This document shows positions 1 to 15,000 of a stretch of 64,000 bases of DNA, in pieces. How positions within the stretch are numbered: the stretch's first letter is position 1; every line of letters begins with the position of its first letter. The stretch is from NCBI GenBank assembly GCA_964187785.1, contig OZ076409.1, forward strand, positions 35,032,001 to 35,096,000. The letters run 5' to 3'. This stretch comes from Amphiscolops sp. MND2022 (lineage: Eukaryota). Both the position numbers and the translations under genes were made by a program. Under the pieces are notes generated by a model. It saw only the letters and a list, made by a program, of their open reading frames with translations. It searched no databases and had not been told where the DNA came from.

Positions 1-88
1 CCTCGTGGAATCTGCGCAGGAAAATGTCCAAATTGGCAGTGATCTTTCCAAAGTTGTGTCGTCCGAAAGTGTGGTAGATGAATTCGTA
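1..88 (-). CDS. RAPGEF4: Epac exon 16 (CDC25-HD, truncated by window edge)
   Basis: [29 protein letters not shown]. Confidence 0.9.
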
Positions 89-3000
89 CTGGAACATAAA
101 ACCCACAACCAATTTCACAAAAAAACAGCCCAAAATTGGCAAACGATACTATTCTATCTTCTCTGATGTTTCGTACAAACCTGGTGAAACTATATTGAAT
201 TTAAAATAACATCATACACTTTACGTATGCACAACTAATTTGTACGATGAAAAAAAGCCCGGAAATGGGAGGAAGCCATCATTTACGGGTTATCGTATCA
301 TCATAAAAATTTCAAGTTCGACTGCAGTCAGAGGACTTCTAATGATATGATATGTTCACTTCCAGTGGAGTAATCATCCCAATAAAATAAAATATCATTA
401 TGAGTACTTGGCACCTACAACTGCCGAAGCAACGAAAGGACTTGAGAGAACTGACCTCGTGTATGCAGCTGAATAGTTCATACTCGAGGATTGTGAGTTG
501 GTAGGCGATCTCCTTGCTACTCATCAACTCCAGTTGGTGGCTCGTGCCGCATTGGGGGCCCTCCTGGTCAGGCAGGGGACACAACTTGTCCACGTGGTCA
601 CGAGATGCTACGAACAGTCGTCCATTAATGGACAGAGCTGACGTCACCGAAACGTCATTCTTCTTGAATGGGATCCTCTCTGAAACAATTAAACATAGCA
701 AACAATATTTCAGAGACAAAGTACAAAAACTAAACTTAGCTGTGCAAAATGAAAAAAAACTATACGGCATTTCAATTCGTTTTTTATTCGAATTCACACT
801 CAACGACGAGATTAAAAGAAATCTTGTTTTCTTCCCTAGCAGAAGATTAAGTAGCCAGCAGGTGATAAAAGTTCTTAGCAAAAGAGGTATCTTGCCACAG
901 GCGACAAGTTGTGAGATCGGAATCATCAGACAGCATTTTAACCTCCAGTGGACTTGACCTCGTAGAGCAGCATGTCGTCTTCTAGACAGAGTTTGCTGGC
1001 AGCCTGAGTAGCGATCACCTCCGCCTTGGTGTCCATAGGAAGCCTCAACGTCGTGTAAGTGTGGTCGAAACAATACACTTTGAAGATATCTAGACAAACA
1101 TCAATCCCCGTCATTCAAAGTCCTTTTCACTAGTCATAAGTGTGACTCTCATAGCCACAACTATCGATAGATTCAAACTAACTTTCATCCGGTCCTCTGA
1201 TGGATTTGCGTTTCTCAGGATGATGTTCTTCACTGCGCCGCCCCTGAGACATGACATAATTGCGCTGAAATACGTTAAATTGTAAGTAAACAGGCTACTT
1301 TTCTCTGGAGTTCTATTAGCTTAGGGGAGGGGTCCCGCGTAGCTTCCCAACGTTGACACAGAGGCGAAGCCGTGCTTCGCAAACAATTGCGCAGAAGGTT
1401 GCGAACTTTTGAAGAAAACCAAATAAGCAAAATCATACGGAGAACCAAGTGTAAAATGACAGTTAAAATTTCATCAATTTTACAGCGCCAAAAAATACCC
1501 GAAGGGATACGCATAAATCTCGAAAACCATTCTTCCCCAACTGGAAACAGCAAAAAATTCATCTTTCTCAACCGGAAACATTTAAAAAAAATAATAAGGA
1601 AAAAAATTCGAAATTCTTCGAAAAAATTTTTGAAGGTCTCCGGTAACTTGCATAGTGCCGAAAACCTTGAGCAGTCCTTTATGCTCGCAAAACGTTTCAT
1701 TTTAAGTAAAAATTGAGGTGGGGGCTTCGATGAAAGCAAATTTAAAAAGTAGCATAGAAAAAACGCCTGTCTTTAAAAAAAAAACAAAATTCGGATATAG
1801 CGTGCTGGGCCTCAGAAAACCTAATTCCAAGACAAAAATTATTCATTTTGAAATTTCTCACAATGCCGAAAACTGTAAAAGGGGGCCCTTTGAGATTTTT
1901 TAACAACCATTCTGTTGCAAAATTTCAAAAAAAATTGAAGTGGAACCCATTGGAGTCTTTGAAAAATTTTCGAAAAAAAAACAAAAAAACGAGAATTTTT
2001 AACAGTCTCATAGAGCCGAAAAATCTGAAAGAAGGGACCCTTTGGGATTTTTTAACATTCGTTCTGTTGCAAAATATCAAAACAAATTGAAGGGAGGACC
2101 CTTTGAGGACATTAAAAAAATTTCGAAAAAAAAGTCTCACAAAGCCGAAAAAAGGGAGGAGTCTCATATTGCCGAAAAAGTGAGAACCTTCTGCTTCGGA
2201 ATACTTGTAAAAAATAGCGCAAACTCACGGGTTCGAACACGAACCCTCTGGGTTGAAAAGCAAGCATCTTACCACTAGACCACGAACGCCTGAACTATGC
2301 GACCTGCGGGCTGAAACGAGAGTTGTCGCGCGGAAAAAAAGCACCCGCACTTTCCCAGAACACTTGCAAGTGTAAAAACCATTGACCACCGACTAATGGA
2401 ATCTGACCTCGACTGGTGATACTACATGTATAAGCACAGTGAATGTACGCGTATTGACTCCAATTTTTCAATTAATACTCCTGCTGAACAGGGACACCAG
2501 AATACAATAGTTAACTGATTTGTTCAGAAATACCAAAATTCTCAATTGGAATTTGTTAGGTGTGGAAATGCCAAACCTGGTATTACCAGTGGATTATTTT
2601 CTTCAATTAATGGTTCAATTGGAAACGGGGAAATCACCTCAGAAACTACCGAGGCGCTTATGACTGTAAAATAGACGCTTTTGTCTGTAAACGTACTGTT
2701 TAGCTACATCGGGAAGCCAGAGATTCAAACATGGGATTTAGAACTTGACTAACATTTTGTTTACGGTAATCGTAGTAGGTAATTTTGCCTGCCTTGGCCT
2801 GTTCTAGAGCGTGCAGCTCATTCTTCAGCAAGGGGTATGTCTTGACGTCATTGGCACAACTATTGCACAATTCCTGAAACGACAATATTTTTATGAAGTT
2901 TACAAGCAAAACAGTTTCATATTATAGAGCGATTTTTAAATGCGCTTTTTTCATTCGCAATTGAAGATATTACACAATCAGTAGCAAATACGCAAGTGTG

Positions 3001-6000
3001 TAATTACATGACATCTATGGTATCGCAGTGTCATTCAATTTTTGCACTCCATTCCAAAAAGAAAGAAATGGTTGAAAGCAAGAAACTGAAGAAAGGCTGC
3101 CTGTAAATTTCAACTTTTTGGAAGCTAAGTATTTATGTTCTTCATACAGAAAAGCTACAATGAGAAATTATAACATATGAAACGTTGACAATCGAATAAG
3201 TAGCACTGCTTAATTCAAAGTTTAACCAGGACTGGTACCGCCCATTAAAAAAGTCTTCTAACGTTGAGAAATGAGATGAGACTGGGATCTTCGCTGAACT
3301 CGTGTAGAGCCATTACACACCAACGAAGAACGAAGTGGATCACTTTGCGCTTCTTCTGGAACATGCCCTCGGCCAGATCCACGCCTCCAGAGGTGCCAGT
3401 GCGGGCGGAGGGTGCGACTGACACGTCCGAGTGACTGGAGCTCTTAGGGATGACCGACTGCAGGGGCAGGGTGGTGTAGTGTCTGGTCAACATGGAGGTC
3501 AGTTTGGAGTTGCTGAGAAACACTGGGTACGTCAGCAGAAAGTCCTCAAGAAACGTGTCTGGAAAAGGGGCGATAAATTAACATTTCAATATTGCGCAAT
3601 TACTTGCTGTTGAGAAGCAATCCAAGAGATTATGTATAATCAGGGATCAATTGAAGAAGAGATAATTTGAATTTCAGACACAGAGGCGAAGCCGTGATTC
3701 GCAAACACTTGCGAACTTTTGAAGAAAACCAAATAAGCAATATCATAAGAAGAACCAAGGGTCAAAGGACATTAAAATTTCATCAATTTTACAATATACA
3801 GCGCCAAAAAAATACCAGAAAGGATACGCATAAGTCTCGAAAACCATTCTTCCCCAACTGAAAAAAAGCAAAAAACCCATCTTTCTCAACGAAAAACCTT
3901 TAAAAAACAGAAAATTGAGGAATAAATTTTTCGAAAATATTTTTGATGGTCTCCGGTAAGTCGCATAGTGCCGAAAACCTTGGAGTCCTTAACTCTCGCA
4001 AAACGTTTCGTTTCTTGTAAAAATTGAAAGGGGGCTTCGATGAAGACGAATTTAAAAAAAGTCGCATAGAAAAAACACCGGTCTTTCAAAAAAATCGTGC
4101 TGGGCGATGAGAAAATTTTAAGACGAAAGTTATTCCTTTTGAAAAAACCTCACAATGCCGAAAAAATTGAAGGTCTCAATCAGAAATTCAAAATCTCATA
4201 GTGCCGAAAAATCTGAAAGAAGGGACGCATTTTAAACATTTGTTCCGTTGCAAGATATCAAACAAAGAGAAGGGTGGACCCTTTGTAGACATATAAAATT
4301 TTTGAAATAAAATGAGAAGGGAGTCTTTACAAAATTTTTGAAAAAAAAACAAAAAATGAGAATTTTGAACAGTCTCATAGTGCCGTAAATTCTGAAAAAG
4401 ACCCTTTGGGATTTTTAACATTCGTTCTGTTGCAAAATATCAAAAAAATGAAAGGACTCTTTGGGGACATTTAAAAAATTTCGAAAAAGTCTCACAGTGC
4501 CAAAAAAAGTGAGAGCCTGCTTCGGAATACTTGTAAAAAATAAGCGCATACCCACGGATTCGAACACGAAACCTCTGGGTTGAAAAGCAAGCATCTTACC
4601 ACTAGACCACGAACGCGTAAAATGTGCGACTTGCCGCGTGAAATGAGAGTTGTCGCGCGAAAAAAAGCACCCACTTTCCCATAACACATGCTTATCGCAA
4701 GTGTAACAATTTACTAATCAGAATAAATTTTGAAAACGCTTTAAAAAGATCCCGTCCTCTACTAGAGATAGTAAGGAGTCGTTCAGATACCGACTGTTTC
4801 CCCTGATTTCAAAAATTTTAGATGTTAGTTTGAAGTCCAACAGATGGACGAATAGTTTCATCTTGCAAAATATTTATTCAGTTTAAAAAGTGCATTTCAT
4901 GAAGGCATTGATGAGTTGCATCTAGCCGCAAGCAAGTCAGCTTTGACTTTCAGGGAAGACCATACCCGTTTAACCTCGAATTGTATGCTTACCCACTACG
5001 CAGCTCCCACCATTGCAACAATCAATAACTACACCTTAATAATTACTAACAGCTCCGTTTGAATGATTGATTAGACTAATCAAGTCACATTTTAATGAGG
5101 TGGTTCAATTATTCAAGTTCAACAAGGATTCGTTCATTGACGAAAACCTCATTATAAGACAAGAAGCAGTTGCTTAGTCGAGCGTATCCTCCAAAAACGC
5201 CTCATTTTATATTTGATTCTAGTTTCAAACGCAGTTTAAATTATGAATTAGTCCGGAACTGTATGAAACAGCATTGCCTGACTTTCACATCTTTTTTTTG
5301 AACACAAAATAAAAATTAGTGTTCAAATGTGAGCGGTAAGAATTCATCGACATGAAAAATTAGGGCATTTGTAACTTCGACAGTGATCACCGTGTGTCAA
5401 CATTATCACAGCAATAGTGATTTTGAACAGTCATCATTGCAGTTTTTAGCATTCAAATTGATTTTCAAAGGAAAACTTCAATTCAAAATGGGAAATGAGA
5501 TGTTTGGCACAGCACATTTGAAGAACAAGAGAAGCGCAGAATAAAATTGGCAGTGGAATGATTGATGAACAAAACCAATGAGCAGTTATCTCAATCCAAT
5601 CATCGCTGTATCTTACCCGTGTGCTCTGAACAACAATATACACAATTAAAATCTGCTTGAAGGCCTTAAATGCTCAAACAAGCTTCAAAATGACACATGG
5701 GCCAGGCTGAAAACGAAACATCACACGAAAACGAGATTCAAATAACATAATATTTCGACAACCAGCTTGGTTTGAAAACTAGAGCATTTTCCGATGTTTT
5801 GTAAGCTCTCTCCATGAAGTAATGATTATGAATAGAAAGGAATTTGTAAACTTCATAAAAAGATGAAATCAACCCAGTCGACTCACTGTCTTCAAATGGC
5901 GACGATAGGGAAACGAACGCAAAGTCTGAAAATATAACAGTAGTTTCTCACAACCACCAAGTTAGAAATATGTAGAATCTAAAAAGCTAAAAATTTGTAT

Positions 6001-9000
6001 GAAATCAATATTCGCCTGATCTCGAAGAGATATATCAGAAAGACACTGAATGATTCTGAAACAGTTGAGCGAAGGAGTCAAAATCATAAACATCAGATAG
6101 ACTATTTGAGAAAGACTATTCCAGAAAATTGGCCTCTGCGGGGCACACTATTATTTCTGCTTTTAGGCTTTCACCTTCAAAAAAGAAGCATATCTTAATC
6201 ATTTAATAATTACAAACATTCGCTCGCGTCATCTCAATTAATTCGGCGTACGAATGCATAATTACCACTCGCTCATTCCATCGCACGAGAAACGACGAAA
6301 ATTTTACTGAAAAAGTGGAAATCTTGAGGTTTCAATAATATTCCTGCTATCGCAGAAATAATCAAAAAAGGCACTTATTTCTAAGTATTATTCAATACAA
6401 CGTTCAATTGTGGCGTTTTACTCAACACGGCGACAATCATTATTCACAGTAAGTCAGTCACTGGTAGCAACCAACCTCCAACAAGATCGGCATTGGCGTC
6501 CAGTCTTGTTTCCAGCAGATAGTCCAGCATCTTCTCACTAGTGCCAGCCATGATGCTGTACCTGTACTGGATGGGCGCGAAGGGACCCTGGCCACCCGGC
6601 ATGGACGAAGACGTGGAGGTGCTGGCACCGGCAGCTGCCACGGTTGCCGAAGCACAGATGGAGGAAACTGAAACCACCCCATTGTGGTGCTGTAACTTCA
6701 CTGCTATCTTTTCCAGCACAAGAACGTCTTGTTCGCCCTCTGCAACAGAATAAGCACATCAATAGTGACATTTCAAGAGCATTCAGCAAAAATACAAAAG
6801 ATGTCACATAGTCTAAGCAGAGTGAAATCTACATACGAGTAAAAAAAACTACATAAAAATATTTCTCATATAAAAAGAAATGTAATCAATGATTTCGGAA
6901 CTATCAGTTGCCAAGGAAAGACAGATAAATATTTTACAGTGATCATAGACTGATGGAATTGGCCCAATTATATTTTAGCTTGAGTGATTAACAAACCTTT
7001 CAGCCGCACAGTGTTCTTCTCAACATCCTGTAGAATGCGTAGAAAGTCTTCTTTGTCGACCTTGAGGAAGTGACAGTTGTCCTCTTTGAGAATGACGGAA
7101 GCCGCTCTAGGTGCCATGTTGACGAGAGCCAGCTTGCCAAAGTCGTCTCCCTCATGCAAAGTACACACTACTCCCCCTCTATCAGTGACTACATCCACCG
7201 ACCCCCGCAGAATTATGTACCAGCTTCTGCCCTCGTCACCTTGTCTGAACACTACAACACAAACACAATTGCTTTGGAAGAACTCCAGAAGAGCTTTATA
7301 GAAACTCCAAAACGTGCAGGCAACACTATTATTCGGGTCCCAGGAATACATGCACGAATCGGGAAAATTTCTTTGAGGATAAAACGAGTGACAATAATGA
7401 TAGTCATTTATTTTATCAGGAGCCATTTACTGTCAGTACTGAGATAACAATATACATTATGAAAAGCAGCTCCCAAAAAGACCTACTGAAAGTATAGTCA
7501 TGAGAATTCAACAATTTCAGGGCTTTCACCGTGAAATCCGCCTAATTCGTAGCATTGAAGATTGCATCAAATTGGTTAATATGATAGTCAAGGACGCATA
7601 CGAATTAGAGCAGATGTTCAAAATAGCCGGAAACGAATTAACGTACGCTTAGAAAATTCCAGATTCAACTAACACAAGCAAGCAGCTTTGGGGTGGGCTT
7701 CGAAAGTTATCACTGCGGCAAGTTCACGCTTGACCATTGTGGAAAGATGAGAAAGAGCTTTTATATGCAGAAGTTCGTCGTACAGCAGCTCTACTTCTTC
7801 AGCAGTCCTTGTGTGCCCACTGAAATTGCCAACTGCGATTGTTCTTTCTTTACGGGGAATGGAAATATTTCAAAACATTCGAACAAACTAAGACCAAAAA
7901 TGAAAACTCAAATCTTGAAACTTCTCTGGTCTCGAAATAAAACAAAACGTGCATCGAGAATTGAGATAGAACGAAGATCCTTTGACGGGGGTTTAACAAT
8001 AATTCAATTATATCAAAATCAATATCACACTAATTTTTCACACGAGGTTTGGATTCAAAACTATTTGATTTCGAAATGAAACAAGACGAGAACAGCTCAA
8101 AGTCGGCGCAAAAAGTTCGACCTTAAGTGAGATTCATATTCTGTTTTCCTGCTTTGAAAGCTAATGCTCTAATCACTGGGCTAAATGCCAATAAATTTCT
8201 ATCAATTTCATATCGGCCGTTCGTCGCATTCGTGTCTGTCTTAAAAGAAAAAATGACTGTAATAGTCCGACTGAAAAGAGTCTAACGGCTTTCTGAGGAT
8301 CAATCTAAATATTGCATCTGGTCCAGTTTGCGAAAGGTAGGTGAGAATCTCAGGTAAAAACTCTTCGGCGTCTCTTTTATCCTGGGCAGTTGGTTGCAGA
8401 ATGCCGGCCATCTGGGACATGGCGCCTTGTGACATGGTACCCCCAAAACTGGGAATTTCGTCCTCCAGAAATCGATAGTAGAGGTTGGGATCATCTCTGA
8501 ACTCCCTGTCTCGACTCACATGCACTAACACCCCCTCTTCCAGAAGAGCTTGCCACATACCCGTTGCCTGGTGTCTGCTGTGCACTATCTGGTTGTTTTG
8601 AGCGATCAACCATTCTACCATTTCAGCTCCGATGGCGCATCTCCTGGTAACAGTCAACTTATTGAGCACGCCTTCGTTAAAACTACTTCAAAGAACAGTG
8701 CTCTGTCCATCTTTTCCAAGACAAATCCATACATATTCACTTAATAATTGGAACTTTTGAGACGGAGACAGAAAGCTGACTTGCCTGTGAGTATTGGAGC
8801 CCAGCTTTCGATCCCTAATGAGAGAAGGTTGTCCTGGCAGAACTCCAGGCCCTGTTGGCGATAACATGAGGATTCTCAGCACTCTACCAGCTTGTGCTAT
8901 CTTCTCACTCGGTCTCGTAGTCCACGCCTCCCACGGCTGACTGCCTTGTCTGGTCGACATCTGTACAACAACATCTACATCTTTGCAAACACCAATTCAC

Positions 9001-12000
9001 GAAGTACATTAAACAAGCCGGGAACGGCATAAGTCGGTGCCATATCTAAGGCTCAAACATAGCAAAAGTACTTCAAAGTGTGAAGATTTTTAACAGTGCC
9101 CGAAAACCCCAAAAATTGAACCGAATTGGCGCGCTAAAAGGGAGACCATTTGGGATTTTTCAACCTTTCTGTCGCAAAACATTAAAAAATTGAAGGGTGG
9201 ACCCATTGAAGTCATTAAAAAATTTTCGCCGGAAAGTCTCACAATGCGGAAAAAACTGAAAGAGGGGACCATTTGGGATTTTTCAACATCCATCCTGTCA
9301 TAAAACATCAAATAAGTGAAGGGGGACTTCGAAAAAAAAAGTCTCAGAATGCCGAAAATAACTGAAAGGGGGACCTAAAATTGCCAAAAATTTGGCATTC
9401 GCCATGAAATGGCCAGTTCGTGTGGATTGAAAAAAGTAGCGTTTCACTTCATGAAGCGCCAACTAAAAAACGTTTGTCAAAATGATATTTTAAAACACCG
9501 GATCTGTGATAAATTACTTTCCAAAACTTGCTAAGGAATCGATCTTAAGTAGTAGAATTCAAATCCACATACTTCTGCTTCTCAGGGTCATCATGATCTT
9601 CCCTTCAGCGGGCCTGAAAAACCGCATTAATTGCTAGTTTTTCAACCCCATGTTATTTGTAGTTGTTCGCCAACTTATTGTGGTGGCTCGTCAACTTGAA
9701 CGTTAGTTTCTTGTTGTTGACTTGAATTTAATGGTTTTCGTGCTGTCAAGAAACTTTTATCAATCAAGAACAGATGTTTGCACTTTTTTCGTTTTGAATG
9801 AAACATTATAGCCGGGAATATCTTCAGTGAAGGAAGATGTGACGAAAATGTTTACAAAATTATAAAAAATTTTGGGAAGAGCAATTTCCATTATGGCATG
9901 ATGTCTTATCGAATTCAATATCTCAACATCCCCAACAGGAGTCTCTGCTTCAGAATAGCGAGAGTCTTTTAGTCGAGCTAATGAAGTTAGCTGCTGTGAA
10001 TGTTGCAGCAATTAAAAATTTGCCACAAGACGAATCTTTTGACCTTCAGGGCGGGGTTCGAAAAAAAACTCAGGACAGGGTTCGAAAAAAAACGTTCGCA
10101 CGTTCAAAACTCTAGATCTATCCCAAATGCTTCAAACGCTTAACGACCTAGAAACTGAGTTTACTGCAATAGGCGAAGATAGAAAAGCAAGATTGTTTGC
10201 GTTCTCAATTGAGAGTCGATTTAGTGTTTCGTCGTGGACGAAGCCCAGGGTGCTGCAAATTCGATCCAAGCTTGTCGAACTTGAAGAACCGGAAGCGCAT
10301 CGGCAATTTTCTTGGCCATCCGCCAAATTACCCAAGATTACTTGCAATTTTAGTCAACTTTAAAAAATCGCAGCCGGGTGCCGCATCAGATTCGCGCTTC
10401 ACTATATCGTTTTCTCCGCCAATAAATTCCAAAATACACGAATTCGATTTTTCACGTACAGTCAAGTAATTCATGCCTTGTCGGAAATTGCAAACAACAC
10501 ATCTGGTAGAGATTGGACAATGACCCGCTCTGCTGCGGCAAGCCATTCACGAGCATCATCCCTATCACGATAGGTGTTCAACGTTTTTTCCATGCCTCAG
10601 TTGCATGTCCGAAATCATATGTACAGTGGTGTGAAGAATACGACCTAGAAATTTTGATGCGCTTCACCGAACCTTGATTAACTAAGTAAAGAATAGGATC
10701 TCAGACAAAACAAACATATCTTGAGAAAGTTCACTTCAAGGGCTTTCAGCTGATTCATTTATTCACCTAAAACGATGCCTCAAACCAGCGAAAAACTGCG
10801 TCTACATATAACAAAACGAAACTGCCAAGTCTTTGTCAACTTTCCAAATTAACCAACGTGCATAAATCAACTGTTTCCCGAATTATCATTAGGTACAAAC
10901 ATCAAAGACATATTAATAACAAAAAAGCCCCGGTAGGCCGAAAAAAAGTCAACCACTGAATGGAGATAGTTGTGGTTCAAGCTTGGAAAAAACTTTTTAA
11001 ACGCTTCCCAAATAAAAAATTCCCAACAAGTCGACTTATTTACCAGTTTATGTCAAGATGAGATTGATCAGGTAAGACCTTAGAGCACGAAAAACTGCAA
11101 AGAAACCGTCAATTTCTGGGTTAAATCGACAAATAAAAAAGTGGGCAAAAAATGTTGGTCGAAAAATGCCTGGAAAACACGTTCCAACAAGACAACGACC
11201 CAGACCATACATCAATGAACACCAAAAAAATCTGGAAAATGGGTTCACTTTAATGGAAAATTGGACTGCACAGTCCCCTGATCTCAATATTATCGCGAAT
11301 ATGTGGAGTGGCCTGAACTGAAACATCTGATGGAAGACATCCGGAGACCCTAGAACTTTTGAATTATGCCCAAAAGAATTCGAAAAAATTCAGGTTGAGT
11401 ACACAGTAAAACTTTACGACTCAACTCCTCGACGATTACAGAGGTTATCTGACGAAATATTAGACTTTTCTCTACGTAAAGGTGTTTTGTATCTTTTTTG
11501 GATACGTTTTATTATATTTTGGTTTGGATTTGATTTTGCAATAAAATTTTGTACGGAGTCACATTCTTTCCGTGTTATTAATTCCGGAAATGTTTGGCTA
11601 ATTGAAAAATAATGAACATCAGACGGACGCAAATCTTTGGCTAGCAAAATGAACACATGCGCACCAAACCCGTAGGCATAAACTTCTGCATATTCCTACA
11701 CAACAAGAGAGCGCATTTTCATATTTTAACTGTTATCCGCGACGACCATAACAATACCGAAAATAACTGAAAGGGGGACCTAAAATTGCCATAAATTTGA
11801 AATTCAGCATGAAATGGTCAGTTCGTTAGTATTGAAAAAAGTAGCGTTTCACTTCATGAAGCGGCAACTAAAAAACTTTTGTCAAAATGATGTTTTAAAA
11901 CACAGGATCTGTGATAAATTACTTTTTTCCAAAACTTGCTAAGGAATCGATCTTAAGCAGTAGGATTCAAATCCACACACTTCTGCTTCTCAGAGTCATC

Positions 12001-15000
12001 ATGATCTTCCCTTCAGCGGGTCTGAAAAACCGCATTAATTGCTAGTTTTTCAACCCCATGTTATTTGTAGTTGTTCGCCAACTTATTGTGGTGGCTCGTC
12101 AACTTGAACGTTAGTTTCTTGTTGTTGACTTGAATATAGTGAGTTTCGTCCTGTCAAGAAACTTTTATCAATCAAGAACAAATGTTTGCACTTTTTTCGT
12201 TTTGAATGAAACATTATAGCCGGGAATATCTTCAGTGAAGGGAGATGTGACGAAAAATGTTTACAAAATTATAAAAATTTCGGGAAGAGCAATTTGCATT
12301 ATGGCATGATGTCTTATCGAATTCAATATCTCAACATCCCCAACAGGAGTCTCTGCTTCATAATAGTGAGAGTAGCTTCATAATAACAAGAGAACACATT
12401 TTCATATTTTAAGTGTTATCCGCGACGACGGATACAACTTAACACTGATATTTAAAAAAAACTGAAAGAAAATCAAATGAACAAAACGAAGATTTTTGTC
12501 ATGTTTAAAACTCTGTTTGAAACATGCCTAAAACGCGTTTAAAACACGACATGTTTTAAACATGCAAACCCTGCTTGAGGACAGCCTCCCTGGATAACAT
12601 CATGTCATACATAAAATAACGCCCTGTCTTGTCACATTTTCGTGATTCAGTTGCTCTGAATGACCAACACGTGCATTTCGATAATGAGGAGCATTTCATT
12701 AGAAGGTTGTTCGAAAGTTATCAATGATTAAATGTTCGCAGAGATATAATCGAAATCAATGTTTTTTGAAAGGCTTTAACCAAAATCAATGTTTTTTGTG
12801 ATCTACTCACTCTTTCATCATGTTCTATGACATAACTATTTATCGCGATGAACGTTTCCTAATGTCAACTTGTGTAACGCTTACTTCAACTCCTTTTGTT
12901 TCATCTACAAATTGCTGCAGTTTGATTGATTACATTTTCACTTTGATTACGTCGACGAGCTTGTCGAACTTGAAGAACCGGAAGCGCATCGGCAATTTTC
13001 TTGGCCTTCCGCCAAATTACCCAAGATTACTTGCAATTTTAGTCAACTTTAAAAAATCGCAGCCGGGTGCCGCATCAGATTCGCGCTTCACTATATCGTT
13101 TTCTCCGCCAATAAATTCCAAAATACACGAATTCGATTTTTGACGTACAGTCAAGTAGTTCATGCCTTGTCGGAAATTGCAAACAACACATCTGGTAGAG
13201 ATTGGACAATGACCCGCTCTGCTGCGGCAAGCCATTCACGAGCATCATCCCTATCACGATAGGTGTTCAACGTTTTTTCCATGCCTCAGTTGCATGTCCG
13301 AAATCATATGTACAGTGGTGTGAAGAATACGACCTAGAAATTTTGATGCGCTTCACCGAACCTTGATTAACTAAGTAAAGAATAGGATCTCAGACAAAAC
13401 AAACATATCTTGAGAAAGTTCACTTCAAGGGCTTTCAGCTGATTCATTTATTCACCTAAAACGATGCCTCAAACCAGCGAAAAACTGCGTCTACATATAA
13501 CAAAACGAAACTGCCAAGTCTTTGTCAACTTTCCAAATTAACCAACGTGCATAAATCAACTGTTTCCCGAATTATCATTAGGTACAAACATCAAAGACAT
13601 ATTAATAACAAAAAAGCCCCGGTAGGCCGAAAAAAAGTCAACCACTGAATGGAGATAGTTGTGGTTCAAGCTTGGAAAAAACTTTTTAAACGCTTCCCAA
13701 ATAAAAAATTCCCAACAAGTCGACTTATTTACCAGTTTATGTCAAGATGAGATTGATCAGGTAAGACCTTCGAGCACGAAAAACTGCAAAGAAACCGTCA
13801 ATTTCTGGGTTAAATCGACAAATAAAAAAGTGGGCAAAAAATGTTGGTCGAAAAATGCCTGGAAAACACGTTCCAACAAGACAACGACCCAGACCATACA
13901 TCAATGAACACCAAAAAAAATCTGGAAAATGGGTTCACTTTAATGGAAAATTGGACTGCACAGTCCCCTGATCTCAATATTATCGCGAATATGTGGAGTG
14001 GCCTGAACTGAAACATCTGATGGGAGACATCCGGAGACCCTAGAACTTTTGAATTATGCCCAAAAGAATTCGAAAAAATTCAGGTTGAGTACACAGTAAA
14101 ACTTTACGACTCAACTCCTCGACGATTACAGAGGTTATCTGACGAAATATTAGACTTTTCTCTACGTAAAGGTGTTTTGTATCTTTTTTGGATACGTTTT
14201 ATTATATTTTGGTTTGGATTTGATTTTGCAATAAAATTTTGTACGGAGTCACATTCTTTCCGTGTTATTAATTCCGGAAATGTTTCGCTAATTGAAAAAT
14301 AATGAACATCAGACGGACGCAAATCTTTGGCTAGCAAAATGAACACATGCGCACCAAACCCGTAGGCATAAACTTCTGCATATTCCTACACAACAAGAGA
14401 GCGCATTTTCATATTTTAACTGTTATCCGCGACGACTATAACAATACCGAAAATAACTGAAAGGGGGACCTAAAATTGCCATAAATTTGAAATTCAGCAT
14501 GAAATGGTCAGTTCGTTAGTATTGAAAAAAGTAGCGTTTCACTTCATGAAGCGGCAACTAAAAAACTTTTGTCAAAATGATGTTTTAAAACACAGGATCT
14601 GTGATAAATTACTTTTTTCCAAAACTTGCTAAGGAATCGATCTTAAGCAGTAGGATTCAAATCCACACACTTCTGCTTCTCAGAGTCATCATGATCTTCC
14701 CTTCAGCGGGTCTGAAAAACCGCATTAATTGCTAGTTTTTCAACCCCATGTTATTTGTAGTTGTTCGCCAACTTATTGTGGTGGCTCGTCAACTTGAACG
14801 TTAGTTTCTTGTTGTTGACTTGAATATAGTGAGTTTCGTCCTGTCAAGAAACTTTTATCAATCAAGAACAAATGTTTGCACTTTTTTCGTTTTGAATGAA
14901 ACATTATAGCCGGGAATATCTTCAGTGAAGGGAGATGTGACGAAAAATGTTTACAAAATTATAAAAATTTCGGGAAGAGCAATTTGCATTATGGCATGAT

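Noticed and set aside
339..1097. 252-aa single-exon ORF
   Set aside because: Read-through across Epac introns; only 456-679 is in the correct frame
1275..2278. K/F-rich ORFs on both strands in introns (also 3667-4689, 9090-9311, 43394-43748)
   Set aside because: They are translations of A/T-run-rich HINE subrepeats with no protein motifs
2217..2289. Functional tRNA-Glu gene
   Set aside because: Acceptor and T stems pair poorly and the sequence sits inside a dispersed repeat; treated as tRNA-derived
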